IMG/VR virus record: IMGVR_UViG_3300034107_000314
Span: 1-64,000 of that record
Reading direction: 5' to 3' (one strand)
Source: a virus
Length of the DNA: 64,000 bases
A program made the translations under genes and the position numbers. The notes beneath the pieces were generated by a model. The model was not told the origin of the DNA and did no database searches. It worked only from the letters and a program-made list of their open reading frames with translations. Numbering within the stretch: the first letter of the stretch is position 1; every line of letters starts with the position of its first letter. Shown one piece after another: positions 49,118 to 58,696 of this stretch.

Positions 49118-50620
49118 TTAGTCCTTGTCTGTAATCTGCATAATTTTATCTAGTAAGTTAATCCCAAGCACATCAAATTTAGTCAGTCCAACTTTATCCA
49201 AGTCATGCATTTCAAATGCCACTAATCTATGACCATTCTTATCTGTAATAAGAGGCGCATCATTAATTAGATCTTCATTAGAAATAATTACTCCTGCCGG
49301 ATGTTTTCCTTGAGATTTATAAGTTCCTTCTATTCTTATAGCAAGAGAGAAAAGATCTGACAACTCTCCAGATAAATTACCCCCCTTGTCGATTCTACAC
49401 CACTTCTCAAGTCTCTTTGGATCATTTTCAAGAGTCCACCGAATCACTGATTTGATATCCATTTCTTCCAACTCATCCGAAATGCTAGCTTCTTGTGGCA
49501 AACTTTCAGTGATCTCGTTTAGCTCACTAAAAGATAAGTCCCCATAAACTCTAGCAACATCTTTAACTGCTGATCGACCTTGTAAACGTCCAAATGTAAT
49601 CATCTGATAAACTCTCTCATTGCCATACTTGTTCTTAATATAGTCAATGATTTCATCGCGGTGAACAGATGGAACGTCCATATCAATATCCGGCAAAGAA
49701 ATATTGTCTTTTGTAAATCGACCAGCATTTAAAAATCTAGAGAATAGTAAGTCATATTTCATAGGATCAATATCAATGATTCCAAGTAAATATGACACTA
49801 GACATCCACCAGCACTTCCACGGCCCGGACCCGGCAACCACTTATTGTTTCTTACATATTGAATAATGTCTTGCACAATAAGAAAGTATCCAGACAGTTC
49901 AAATCCATGAATAACAGATAGTTCATACTTAATACGATCAGTATATTCTTTCTTCCTATCGCCTTTTAAATGCATAAGTTTTGCTCGCCATCCATCCCTA
50001 CACAATTGTGTTAAGTAGTCATTTTCAGACATATCTCCACAATCTACGCGAGGTAGCTTGGGCTTAGAAAGAATGCTATACTGTTGCAATTCGGAATATA
50101 ACTGTTTAGTTCCAAAGTATTGCTTTTGACTAGGTATAATCCTATGAGGTGGATGAAAGAAATAATGATCAGACTCAAAGAACTTTTTATATTCTCCCAT
50201 GTCTACATCTTTAGCTTTCTTAAGTGTAGTTTTAAAGTTAAGACATAATACCATTCTATGAAGAATTGCGTCATTCTGTTCAGCATAATAAACTGGCATA
50301 ACTGCTAGTTCATCTTCTGTATAAAATTGTAAGTCTTCTTTATCGTATTCTATCTTTTCTTTAGAAGCTAGCTTAATTAAAGCCCTATACCCTTTTAAGG
50401 ATTTAGCGATGTAATATCCACCGTTCTCTTTCATTCCAAGGATTGGAACAATCCCCGCTTTATTCATGGCATTGAAGAAATCAACAACACCACTAATAGT
50501 TTCAATATCAGCAATTAAGCAATGAGTATAACCTAATTCTTTGCATTTCTTGGCAGCTTCATCTGGTTTGATGAAACCTTTCAATAATGAATAGTGTGTT
50601 GTTATAACTGGCAATATCAT
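49118..50620 (-). CDS. dnaE: DNA polymerase III alpha, N-terminal part (degenerate PHP, palm, thumb)
   Basis: HYSLL.G, YFLIV.D, GPGRGSAGG.LV.Y.LGI..IDP..Y.LLF.RFLN..R, PDID.D, G.HPAGVII, GL.KFD.LG. Confidence 0.92.
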   Translation of the reverse strand: MILPVITTHYSLLKGFIKPDEAAKKCKELGYTHCLIADIETISGVVDFFNAMNKAGIVPILGMKENGGYYIAKSLKGYRALIKLASKEKIEYDKEDLQFYTEDELAVMPVYYAEQNDAILHRMVLCLNFKTTLKKAKDVDMGEYKKFFESDHYFFHPPHRIIPSQKQYFGTKQLYSELQQYSILSKPKLPRVDCGDMSENDYLTQLCRDGWRAKLMHLKGDRKKEYTDRIKYELSVIHGFELSGYFLIVQDIIQYVRNNKWLPGPGRGSAGGCLVSYLLGIIDIDPMKYDLLFSRFLNAGRFTKDNISLPDIDMDVPSVHRDEIIDYIKNKYGNERVYQMITFGRLQGRSAVKDVARVYGDLSFSELNEITESLPQEASISDELEEMDIKSVIRWTLENDPKRLEKWCRIDKGGNLSGELSDLFSLAIRIEGTYKSQGKHPAGVIISNEDLINDAPLITDKNGHRLVAFEMHDLDKVGLTKFDVLGINLLDKIMQITDKD

Positions 50621-51648
50621 TCAACAGCTCCCGGATCTTTATAAGTTCCAATCACAAATCCCGGTCTAGTACATGTTTCGACCGTTTTTTGCATTCCAAT
50701 AGTTTTGATTTGATCTTCGACATGATGACACATAGTTCGTTCAGTTCCCGGCCAGTTTGTCTTATAGTAATGACATAGCTTTTGACATTTAAAACTTTTT
50801 CGATCTTGTGATATGGGTTTAGGATTTTGATTTGCTCTGATCTCTTCAAACATTGTTTTCAGAGTATTACTAAGAAAATACTCGTCATCATCTTTATCAA
50901 AAGCAAGCGTAAATGGTCCACCATCCCTACAGAAAAAGATAGTCATTAATGTATATCTATACTTGGGATAGAGTTTGCCAACGGCATAGTGATAAAGAAG
51001 TAGCTGGGTATCCTTCATCAGCTTGTCATAGTCCTTACGCTCTCCAGTCGCCCAATCAAGCCTCTGGCCAGTCTTCCAGTCGATTACTTCTATTGTACCA
51101 TCTTCCATCTCAGTTACAAGATCTATTGTCCCTTTTATCGCAAGATTTCCAGAAATTGGCCCATCTGGGCCATCAAAAGTGAATTTTGCCCAAGGCTCAT
51201 TGATTGGAATGTCAAAGTGAGGTTCAGTATCAATTACTTTTCTATTTCGTGGATCAAATTGACCCTTATTATACGACAATGTATCCCAAACCATTTTTTC
51301 ACAAAATTTATAATCTTTATCATCAAATGAATTATGTGTTGAGTTTTCTCTGTAAAATTGAAAACTTCTATTTAAGACTGAATAAACAAAAGCATCGCTA
51401 TGTAAATCTTTTTCAGTAAAAGAAAAATCACCCAAAGGTTCTTGAGTGATTTTCATGGTTGATCTTTTATTGAACTGAGTCCTTTTTTTACATATTGCTA
51501 ATGTTTCAAGCACTGCGTGAGTTATAGTTCCCAGATCTGCTTTTTTTCCTGATGGAGAATAATGACCCAGCACGTATGTCATAAAATATTGCAGTTCACA
51601 ATATTTCCAGTTGTTAAGACTGGAAGATCTAAAATAAGTAGTAATCAT
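50617..51648 (-). CDS. Cas4/AddB-like PD-(D/E)XK exonuclease with Cys ligands
   Basis: S.L..W..C, G...H..LE, G.IDL......EVIDWKTG, QL..Y, C...C...C. Confidence 0.82.
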   Translation of the reverse strand: MITTYFRSSSLNNWKYCELQYFMTYVLGHYSPSGKKADLGTITHAVLETLAICKKRTQFNKRSTMKITQEPLGDFSFTEKDLHSDAFVYSVLNRSFQFYRENSTHNSFDDKDYKFCEKMVWDTLSYNKGQFDPRNRKVIDTEPHFDIPINEPWAKFTFDGPDGPISGNLAIKGTIDLVTEMEDGTIEVIDWKTGQRLDWATGERKDYDKLMKDTQLLLYHYAVGKLYPKYRYTLMTIFFCRDGGPFTLAFDKDDDEYFLSNTLKTMFEEIRANQNPKPISQDRKSFKCQKLCHYYKTNWPGTERTMCHHVEDQIKTIGMQKTVETCTRPGFVIGTYKDPGAVE

Positions 51649-52460
51649 TTGATTGATGTTACTGCTTGTCTTTTATATACCTGCTCTGGTGGATTTAATA
51701 CTACGTCTTTAGACAACCATTTCCACTCATCTAAAACTTTAAGTAACTCTTGACAAGATTCTTCAATAGACATGTTTGCATTATCTAAGACGTAATCAAA
51801 CCCATTATAATTATCTAACGCTGATTCACTTACATGAGAGTCTTCATTGTGGAATCTTGTTAATCTAATAATTTTTCCTCCGGCTTTTTTAACTGCCTCT
51901 ACTTCATTTTCAAATCTAGCATCAGAAATAATAGCGAAGTTCGATTGTTCTGCTAAAATATCTTTAATTGCTCGATCTGTCCATACATCTGGATATATTT
52001 TTCTACAAATATCTGTGCCAAAATATTGGATAAATTCTCTAGCGGTCATTTCTCCTGTCTTGCCTTTAATTTTTGTAGGCATGTCTTCCCATTTATATTT
52101 AATAGGTGTATTTTTTTGTTGATCTGTTCCATACAATAATTCTTTGTCAATATTAAACAATGAAATTGCAATTTCTTTTAATGTAGTTGCAAAAGCGTAA
52201 TGCTTAACAAAAGGCCATACATTATCTATTGCCCAGATCGCAAAATCCATATCTACTCTGGTAATATCAATAATTCCTTGTCCGCTTTGTGTTTTACCAG
52301 ATGTATCGGTTACTAATGTTTCAATAACTAGTTCCCCTTGATCAGTAATTTCAAAAGCATCGATAATACCATATGATTTTAATTGATATCCATGTAAAAA
52401 ATTACAAAGAGTATTTTTGCCTGATTGTTTTTTTCCAGAAAATGCTAATATTTGACCCAT
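51645..52460 (-). CDS. Deoxynucleoside monophosphate kinase
   Basis: FSGKKQSGKNT, FA..LKE, TARE..Q..GT...R, SDARF.NE, H.SE. Confidence 0.88.
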   Translation of the reverse strand: MGQILAFSGKKQSGKNTLCNFLHGYQLKSYGIIDAFEITDQGELVIETLVTDTSGKTQSGQGIIDITRVDMDFAIWAIDNVWPFVKHYAFATTLKEIAISLFNIDKELLYGTDQQKNTPIKYKWEDMPTKIKGKTGEMTAREFIQYFGTDICRKIYPDVWTDRAIKDILAEQSNFAIISDARFENEVEAVKKAGGKIIRLTRFHNEDSHVSESALDNYNGFDYVLDNANMSIEESCQELLKVLDEWKWLSKDVVLNPPEQVYKRQAVTSIK

Positions 52461-53533
52461 TAAAAAAGCCCCTTAATTTGTGGTTTGAGTTCGTAATTGA
52501 TATCTTCAATAGACATGTCTCCAATATCCTTCTTTGATATTTTAGGTGTGAAATAATTAAATCTTCTACCACCTTTTTGGATAATGCCTTGTGCTGCCTT
52601 TTGTCCTGCCTCATCATTGTCTGTTAATATAACAATATTCATTACTCCAAGCTCTTCAAGATTAATTAATTGATCTTCACTAAGATCAGATCCAAATATG
52701 CCAGCGCAATTTTTAATACCTGATTCGTATAATCTCCAAACATCGCCTTGACCTTCAACTAATACAATTGTTAATAACTTTTGGATGTGTGGTTTAGTAA
52801 CCGATAGTCCATACAAAAAGAAAGATTTTTTAAAGCCTTTGCTGTTGAACCATTTTGGCTTAGTATGTTCGTCGGTTGCCCTTCCGACACATCCCACATA
52901 CTGAGAATTTTCATCATACACAGGAACGACTGCTCGATTGAACATTTGTCTATTAGAATTATAACACTCTCCAACATCAAAAGCTATCAAAGTTTCTGGT
53001 AAAAAACCTCTACTTATATAGTATTTTGATGGAATGTCAAGTGTTGCAATAACTTGCTCCCGTGATATGTTTAAGTTTAATTTTTCAGATTTACGAGTTA
53101 ATATTTCATTAATCTTATTAATCTCATAAATGCTTTCACTTATCTTTTCTTCTGGTATATCTATGATCTTTTTATTTAAGAATGAAAGTGAAAAATTTAA
53201 AGCTTTATAAAAATTAACTTCTTTACCTTCTCTTTGAGAAAGAACACCTCTCACAAAACCTATCATATTTTTACCATAGTCTTTTTCACAAGAATGCGTC
53301 CAACAAACCCAATTACCTTTAGTCTTAGAACCATCAGTAAAGATGCACGACCCTTCGCAGTTATCTCCTCCATGAACTGGACAAGGAAAGGCTATTCTAT
53401 TTGGAAATTCAGTATATTCAATCTTTAAAGCATTTAGTAATTCTGGAACTTTATCCGATAGCTCATTACATATCGAATAGATCTTCTCCCGACTCACTTT
53501 CTCGTATTTCAAAGGAATTGTCTTGACTTGCAT
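52460..53533 (-). CDS. dnaG: DNA primase (CHC2 zinc finger plus TOPRIM)
   Basis: CPVH.GDN...W.C...C; R...P........G..GR; LVEG..D; D.D.AG; KDI.D. Start taken at ATG 53533, which has a GGAG SD. Confidence 0.9.
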   Translation of the reverse strand: MQVKTIPLKYEKVSREKIYSICNELSDKVPELLNALKIEYTEFPNRIAFPCPVHGGDNCEGSCIFTDGSKTKGNWVCWTHSCEKDYGKNMIGFVRGVLSQREGKEVNFYKALNFSLSFLNKKIIDIPEEKISESIYEINKINEILTRKSEKLNLNISREQVIATLDIPSKYYISRGFLPETLIAFDVGECYNSNRQMFNRAVVPVYDENSQYVGCVGRATDEHTKPKWFNSKGFKKSFFLYGLSVTKPHIQKLLTIVLVEGQGDVWRLYESGIKNCAGIFGSDLSEDQLINLEELGVMNIVILTDNDEAGQKAAQGIIQKGGRRFNYFTPKISKKDIGDMSIEDINYELKPQIKGLF

Positions 53534-54914
53534 TCGCGGCTCCATTTTTAAGTTCATCTCTTGTATACCATTCAGTAAGTTTAGCAATCGAGCCATTCAT
53601 TTTAACATTAATATAATTGCCATACTCAAGTCCAGATCCATGTCTAGCTTTGATAATAACAAGTTTACGATTTCCATTCTCATCACCGTCATCTGCCACT
53701 TCTTCGTCGCTTTTCATTTGAAACTTAGCAACTGTAGACGCAAGCCATTGAAGTCTATCAGATTGTGCGATTTCCTCTTCTCGATTAAGCTGCACAAAAG
53801 ATAAACATGGTAGGTCGTATTTAATACAGAAGTCATTCATCTTTGTAATCTGAAAGCCTAAAGCTTGGTATTCTTGCATGGCAGCGGTTAGTCCAGCTGA
53901 ACTCATCAACTTGAAATAATCGTATATGATTAAGCAATCTTTAGTTCTTCCATTCTCATCAAATCCAACATATTGATGCACCCATCTTTTAATAATGTTA
54001 AGGATGTTATCAAACGGTTGACCTGCGATTGATATATAGTGATACGGTATCTTTTCAATCAACTTGGCTGCGGCAATCACCTTTTCTTTTGAGTTAAAAC
54101 TCTTAGCAAAAGCCCCTTTCGCAATCTCGTTAATCTTAATTCCGCTAATATTTGCTAACATACGGTTTCTTTGATCGCCAAGATCCATTTCTGTATCTAA
54201 ATATAGAACTGGGATATTATAAACTTCCGAAACATACTTTGCCACATTAGTAGAGATCACACTTTTACCAACACCAGTTCTAGCTCCGATTAGAGTGACT
54301 GACTTTCTTCTAAGGCCACCTCCTATCGCTTCATCAAATCTAGGAAAGCCTGTAGGAATACCAAGATAATCAGAAGGATTGTTAATAAGGTAATCTACAT
54401 AAGAATCAATATCTTCGCCAAGAAGTACAGTCTTATTGTTTTGTTCTTTATATGCAAGTGAAGTGATCTCCATGATTGGAGTTTCAACCATGCCAATGAT
54501 ATCTTCTACGCTCTCATCGCCTGTAACTTTAGTCATTGACTTATCACAGACAGATAGCGTCTTTTTAATATCTCTAGCTAATTTAAGTTTAGTTAACTTA
54601 GCAGCAAATTTAGGAATGTTATCTTTATTGATAGGGAAGTTAAAAAGCGACCGGATGAAACTCATTTCAGTCGCTTTATTGATTAATTCATACACGCCTA
54701 ACTTTTGAGCTGTTGAGAATATAGAGAGGTATTCAATATTCTGGTTATTGTTGATAACATCTTGCAAGCATGTAAATATAACCTGATTTAATTCGTGGCT
54801 AAAGTATTCTGCTTGCAAGAAGTCAAGCTCAACATAAACTTCCAGTCCGAACTGACAGATGCCAGCTAAGACGGCACGTTCAACTGGTAAATTCTGTAAT
54901 TCGGACTGGCTCAT
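53466..54914 (-). CDS. dnaB: Replicative DNA helicase
   Basis: E.AVL, GIPTGF..FD...GG, GARTGVGKS, TEM, DY, QLNR, I.KARHG. Confidence 0.92.
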   Translation of the reverse strand: MSQSELQNLPVERAVLAGICQFGLEVYVELDFLQAEYFSHELNQVIFTCLQDVINNNQNIEYLSIFSTAQKLGVYELINKATEMSFIRSLFNFPINKDNIPKFAAKLTKLKLARDIKKTLSVCDKSMTKVTGDESVEDIIGMVETPIMEITSLAYKEQNNKTVLLGEDIDSYVDYLINNPSDYLGIPTGFPRFDEAIGGGLRRKSVTLIGARTGVGKSVISTNVAKYVSEVYNIPVLYLDTEMDLGDQRNRMLANISGIKINEIAKGAFAKSFNSKEKVIAAAKLIEKIPYHYISIAGQPFDNILNIIKRWVHQYVGFDENGRTKDCLIIYDYFKLMSSAGLTAAMQEYQALGFQITKMNDFCIKYDLPCLSFVQLNREEEIAQSDRLQWLASTVAKFQMKSDEEVADDGDENGNRKLVIIKARHGSGLEYGNYINVKMNGSIAKLTEWYTRDELKNGAANASQDNSFEIRESESGEDLFDM

Positions 54915-54915
54915 A

Positions 54916-55296
54916 TTAATTCACTCCGTAAAACTTTTTCACAACCCAAGGCAACTGATGATAAGCAGAAACTATTTTATCTGCCTGATCTTGTGTTAAT
55001 TGACGATTCTCCAACGCTATATTCTTTTCGGCGATAAGTTTGTTATTCGCTTCAAGCAATCTCTTGTTTGAATCTAGTATACTGTCAGCATAAGACTGCA
55101 TTTCTTCAAGCTGTAGTTCATATTCAAAAACTTGTTTATCCAACTCATCGATTCGCTTCTTTAATTCTTCTTCTGCGGAAGTTCCAAACTGACGATTAGC
55201 AAGCTCGTAAACATGAATGGTTTCAATCTGAGCAACTGCATTTTTAATAACTTCAAGTTGATTGTACACGTTTAATGGATTCTTTTCTTCGCCCAT
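54916..55296 (-). CDS. Coiled-coil hypothetical protein
   Basis: Start reassigned to MGEEKN (GAGG SD); heptad-rich. Confidence 0.6.
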   Translation of the reverse strand: MGEEKNPLNVYNQLEVIKNAVAQIETIHVYELANRQFGTSAEEELKKRIDELDKQVFEYELQLEEMQSYADSILDSNKRLLEANNKLIAEKNIALENRQLTQDQADKIVSAYHQLPWVVKKFYGVN

Positions 55297-55306
55297 TGTA
55301 TTGTCC

Positions 55307-55534
55307 TCAAGGATAAATTCTGTAGATTGGATATGGATAATATACAGGTTGATACGTTTGAACCTGCACTGGTACATAAATTGTTCTAGGCACAACTACG
55401 TACTGCGGTTGTTGTACTACGTATTGATATTGGACTACGATTGGTTGAGGTTGCTGAACCACAACTGGAATTTGTGGATTAACCACAAACAATTGACCTA
55501 ATGACATTGCTGCCAGTGCTACTAGTGTATTCAT
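55307..55534 (-). CDS. Small secreted-type Pro/Val/Gln/Tyr-rich protein
   Basis: Hydrophobic leader MNTLVALAAMSLGQ followed by a P/V/Q/Y-rich tail. Confidence 0.65.
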   Translation of the reverse strand: MNTLVALAAMSLGQLFVVNPQIPVVVQQPQPIVVQYQYVVQQPQYVVVPRTIYVPVQVQTYQPVYYPYPIYRIYP

Positions 55535-55848
55535 TTATCACTCTCTCTATTTGTATTCAAAAGACCTTCTGCGAATAACGCCCCATTCATAAAATTAGAA
55601 ACCGCGTTTTCACCCCTTGAAAACGCCACGAAAGCTCTTGAAAAGTTTTCTGGAAAAGGAACATGCTCTTCTATGATTTCTATTACCCATGCGTTATCAT
55701 CAATCTTACTAGCAACCTCTTCTCCTACTTTAGAAAGAATACCGTTCAATGTTTCTTGAGGTTGATCAAGGTCTGAAACTAGTAAAAATTTTCCATCTTT
55801 TGTTAGACCAAACGGTTGAGCTTTCATCCTATCTTGTGTCTCTGTCAT
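55531..55848 (-). CDS. Hypothetical protein
   Basis: AGGAG SD; 105 aa. Confidence 0.65.
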   Translation of the reverse strand: MTETQDRMKAQPFGLTKDGKFLLVSDLDQPQETLNGILSKVGEEVASKIDDNAWVIEIIEEHVPFPENFSRAFVAFSRGENAVSNFMNGALFAEGLLNTNRESDK

Positions 55849-55942
55849 TCAAATCTCCTATGATTGTACTACTGATTATTCCATATAGCACAATACAATA
55901 GAATGCTATGAATAGTATAAACCCTATTTTAAGATATGTCAA
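55829..55942 (-). CDS. Small single-pass membrane peptide (37 aa, not in the ORF track)
   Basis: TTG start overlaps the dUTPase stop (TTGA); reads MTYLKIGFILFIAFYCIVLYGIISSTIIGDLNDRDTR*. Confidence 0.5.
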   Translation of the reverse strand: MTYLKIGFILFIAFYCIVLYGIISSTIIGDLNDRDTR

Positions 55943-56385
55943 GACCCTGAACTCCCAAATCCATTTTCCCCGCGAGAAGTCTCATTCAAATTCTCAACGG
56001 AAACTGGTGTAAAATCTGGAGAATATTGAAGCAGCATTTGTGCGATTTTATCCCCATAATTAAAAGTTTGATATTCATTGCTTTCATTAACCAATAAAAC
56101 CTTCACCTCTCCTCTGTATGGCGAATCAATCACTCCAGCCATAGTATCAATCCCCTTCTTCACTGCGTGACCAGAGCGAGGCCAAATTAGCCCAACAAAC
56201 CCCTTTGGAATAGCCACTGCAATCCCAGTTGAGATAAGTCTTCGTTGCCCCGGAGGAATTGTAATTGTTTCTTTCTCGTCATTATACAAATCCAATCCAG
56301 CATCAAAAGCATTAGCTTTATCTGGAAGTTTTGCAGTGGGTGTAAGTAATTTAACTGGTAATTCTCGACTTTCAAATGTACTCAT
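55939..56385 (-). CDS. dut: Trimeric dUTPase
   Basis: AGLDL, PRSG, GVID..YRGE, KIAQ, RGENGFGSSG. Confidence 0.95.
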   Translation of the reverse strand: MSTFESRELPVKLLTPTAKLPDKANAFDAGLDLYNDEKETITIPPGQRRLISTGIAVAIPKGFVGLIWPRSGHAVKKGIDTMAGVIDSPYRGEVKVLLVNESNEYQTFNYGDKIAQMLLQYSPDFTPVSVENLNETSRGENGFGSSGS

Positions 56386-56831
56386 GATTTTCCTTTCAAT
56401 AAACAAGATTCACAACGATAATACTCTCTAACGTATAACGGCAATACCATTTCGGATTTCCCGCATAATTGGCATTGCTGCTCAATTTTATTTTTATCAA
56501 TGGGTTTTCTATTTCTTTCAGTTAAAGTGATTTCAGGAGTTTTAATATCTTTTGCGTCAGTTCCATCGTCTAAAAATTGATTTACTCGTTTTTCAATAGA
56601 TATAGACTGCTTTTTGTTGATCTTTGTATTAATATTACTTGATTTTTGCATAGTAAATTGATTCATATCAAATTTATTACTATTAACTTTATCGGTTATT
56701 ACTGTGGGCTTTGGTACTGGTTTTGAATCCAACGCATCTAAAATATCCATTCCCATTCTAATTAAATCAAAATCTCCTGAGTCTTTTCCTCTTTTGATTA
56801 ATTTTTCTGCTCTATCCTTAAGATCGTTCAT
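56382..56831 (-). CDS. Hypothetical protein with C-terminal zinc ribbon
   Basis: CQLC...CESC; start at MNDLK. Confidence 0.6.
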   Translation of the reverse strand: MNDLKDRAEKLIKRGKDSGDFDLIRMGMDILDALDSKPVPKPTVITDKVNSNKFDMNQFTMQKSSNINTKINKKQSISIEKRVNQFLDDGTDAKDIKTPEITLTERNRKPIDKNKIEQQCQLCGKSEMVLPLYVREYYRCESCLLKGKS

Positions 56832-57300
56832 AACTCTTATTCCTTCCCATATTTTCAAGAACCTTCATGGCTGTTTCTACTGATCCAATTGTTGCTTCCC
56901 CCGCTAGTATTCTAGCTTCAGATGTTGTCTTGAGCATTTGTAATTTCAGTCCTGACTTATGATGCCTAATGGCTGAATGGTATTTCTCTTCCCACTTAGC
57001 ATACTTATCATGACTGACACCAGTCACAATATACCATATGCCCTGTTCTGCCCAAGCTTTAACAGCTTTCTCTCTCGCTACAATACTTTTGAGATGCATC
57101 AGATATTGGTTTAGTAAAAAGATTGAGGCTTGATAATCTGGAAATGTCATAGATTTTAATTCTTCGCGAGAATAGTGCAATATCTTTCCTACTTCATGAA
57201 CTTTGTCTCCAAAGTCAGTTCCATAGTCTATTTTACTCTCTGAAATCCAATTGTCAATATTCTCATGGAATTTTTTTATCTTTTCTTCTAATTCCTCCAT
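56818..57300 (-). CDS. Helical hypothetical protein (possible UvsY-like mediator)
   Basis: All-helical, near RecA; function is speculative. Confidence 0.4.
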   Translation of the reverse strand: MEELEEKIKKFHENIDNWISESKIDYGTDFGDKVHEVGKILHYSREELKSMTFPDYQASIFLLNQYLMHLKSIVAREKAVKAWAEQGIWYIVTGVSHDKYAKWEEKYHSAIRHHKSGLKLQMLKTTSEARILAGEATIGSVETAMKVLENMGRNKSYERS

Positions 57301-57701
57301 ATCTTACCTCTCCACTCTTCAATAGATTCGTTATGAAACAGTTCTATTAATTCAAAATTATTTATTTCACACCATTGTTTCTTATCTCTATCCCTAGCTT
57401 GAGCTTTATAAAAATCCATTTTACTCTTAAAAAAGAAGTTATTAAACTCTGTGTGTTGTTCGCCATGCACTTCAATAATAAGTTTTCTCACAGGAATAAA
57501 AAAATCCGCCTTAAGGGTGGATTTTCTAGTTGATGTCTTTGTTCCGGGTAATACTAATTCTTCTAAAATTCTATCATTAGGATATCTCTCCTTTAATAGC
57601 TCTTTAGCTTTATTGTGTAGTCCAGATCTTTTTTCTGTATCAACAATATTATTACTTGGAATCCATGAATACTCTTGTTGGTCCAATCCTATAATTTTCA
57701 A
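57288..57701 (-). CDS. PD-(D/E)XK/Vsr-like endonuclease
   Basis: L.ADFFIP.....IEVHG.QH...RD..K..WC..N. Confidence 0.8.
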   Translation of the reverse strand: MKIIGLDQQEYSWIPSNNIVDTEKRSGLHNKAKELLKERYPNDRILEELVLPGTKTSTRKSTLKADFFIPVRKLIIEVHGEQHTEFNNFFFKSKMDFYKAQARDRDKKQWCEINNFELIELFHNESIEEWRGKIWRN

Positions 57702-58696
57702 TATAACATTTCCTTGACTTTAAGTTCAAGCAGGGCGTAGAATTCTGAATGTTCGTGAAGATAATTATATACCTTCTCTTGTCCTTGAAGTTTAACCTTT
57801 TCAGTTTCAATAAAATCAAGGTTATACCAAGATCCAGCAACTGAGATTAATCCAAGGTCAATAGCAATCATAAGAATTTCTTGTACTTTATCAATACCCT
57901 GTCCAAATCTAATCCAACTGTCGCAAGTTTTATATGGTGATCCAATTGACGAACATAAGATATCCCATGTTACTTTTAGTCCAATGACATTCTTATTTTC
58001 TTTTGAAGATCCTGCTGCTTCCCAAGGAGCTACGCTTTTAACTTCCATGCGTGTATCTGCTTGGAATTGGATCTTAACGCCACCATCGGCCATTTTTGAC
58101 TTACCGTAGCCACTTGTGTTTGTAATCATGTGCGTAATCATAATTACTAAGCATTTTTGATTAGGAACCGTTTGCCCAGTTTTCTTAACAAAGTCGGATA
58201 AGATCTTTGGAAGTCCCGGCCTTGTCATTCCACTAATATCTTCATCAAGATCGCGAGATGGAATAAGGGAAGAGATAGAGTCAATGACCAATACGCAACC
58301 CTCATTATCTTTATCTGATATTAATTTTCTTGCAATATCTAAGAATGTTTCTGCTGCTAGTGGCTCATCTCCAGATCTAATAACTTGAACTAGCGATGGG
58401 TCGATCCCCGGAATTTCAAAGTTCATTTCTTTTAATCGACCTTCAACATCAAGATAAATGATCTTGCGACCAAGAGCTTGACAGTTGGCGATGATCTGCA
58501 TAGTTGTCGTTGTCTTTCCAGCCTTTGGAGGACCGGATAAGATCATCCAAGAACCCTCTTTGATACCACCACCAAGAGCCAAATCAATAGCAGGACTAAT
58601 TGATATCGTTTTGTAATTTCTCTTTGTCTCAAGGACTTTATCTCCTGTAGTAACATAGTCGCCATATTTTTTAATAAACTCTTTGTCAGTCGCCAT
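57698..58696 (-). CDS. recA: RecA/UvsX recombinase
   Basis: D.ALGGGI, SGPPKAGKTT, LD.E, VIDS, GG....F.A..R, G.I...GSWY, K.QG. Confidence 0.9.
   Translation of the reverse strand: MATDKEFIKKYGDYVTTGDKVLETKRNYKTISISPAIDLALGGGIKEGSWMILSGPPKAGKTTTTMQIIANCQALGRKIIYLDVEGRLKEMNFEIPGIDPSLVQVIRSGDEPLAAETFLDIARKLISDKDNEGCVLVIDSISSLIPSRDLDEDISGMTRPGLPKILSDFVKKTGQTVPNQKCLVIMITHMITNTSGYGKSKMADGGVKIQFQADTRMEVKSVAPWEAAGSSKENKNVIGLKVTWDILCSSIGSPYKTCDSWIRFGQGIDKVQEILMIAIDLGLISVAGSWYNLDFIETEKVKLQGQEKVYNYLHEHSEFYALLELKVKEMLY

Noticed and set aside
50617-51648. Cas4 as evidence of a CRISPR-Cas system
   Set aside because: No cas1/cas2 or array in the window; solo Cas4-like nucleases are common in phage replication modules.
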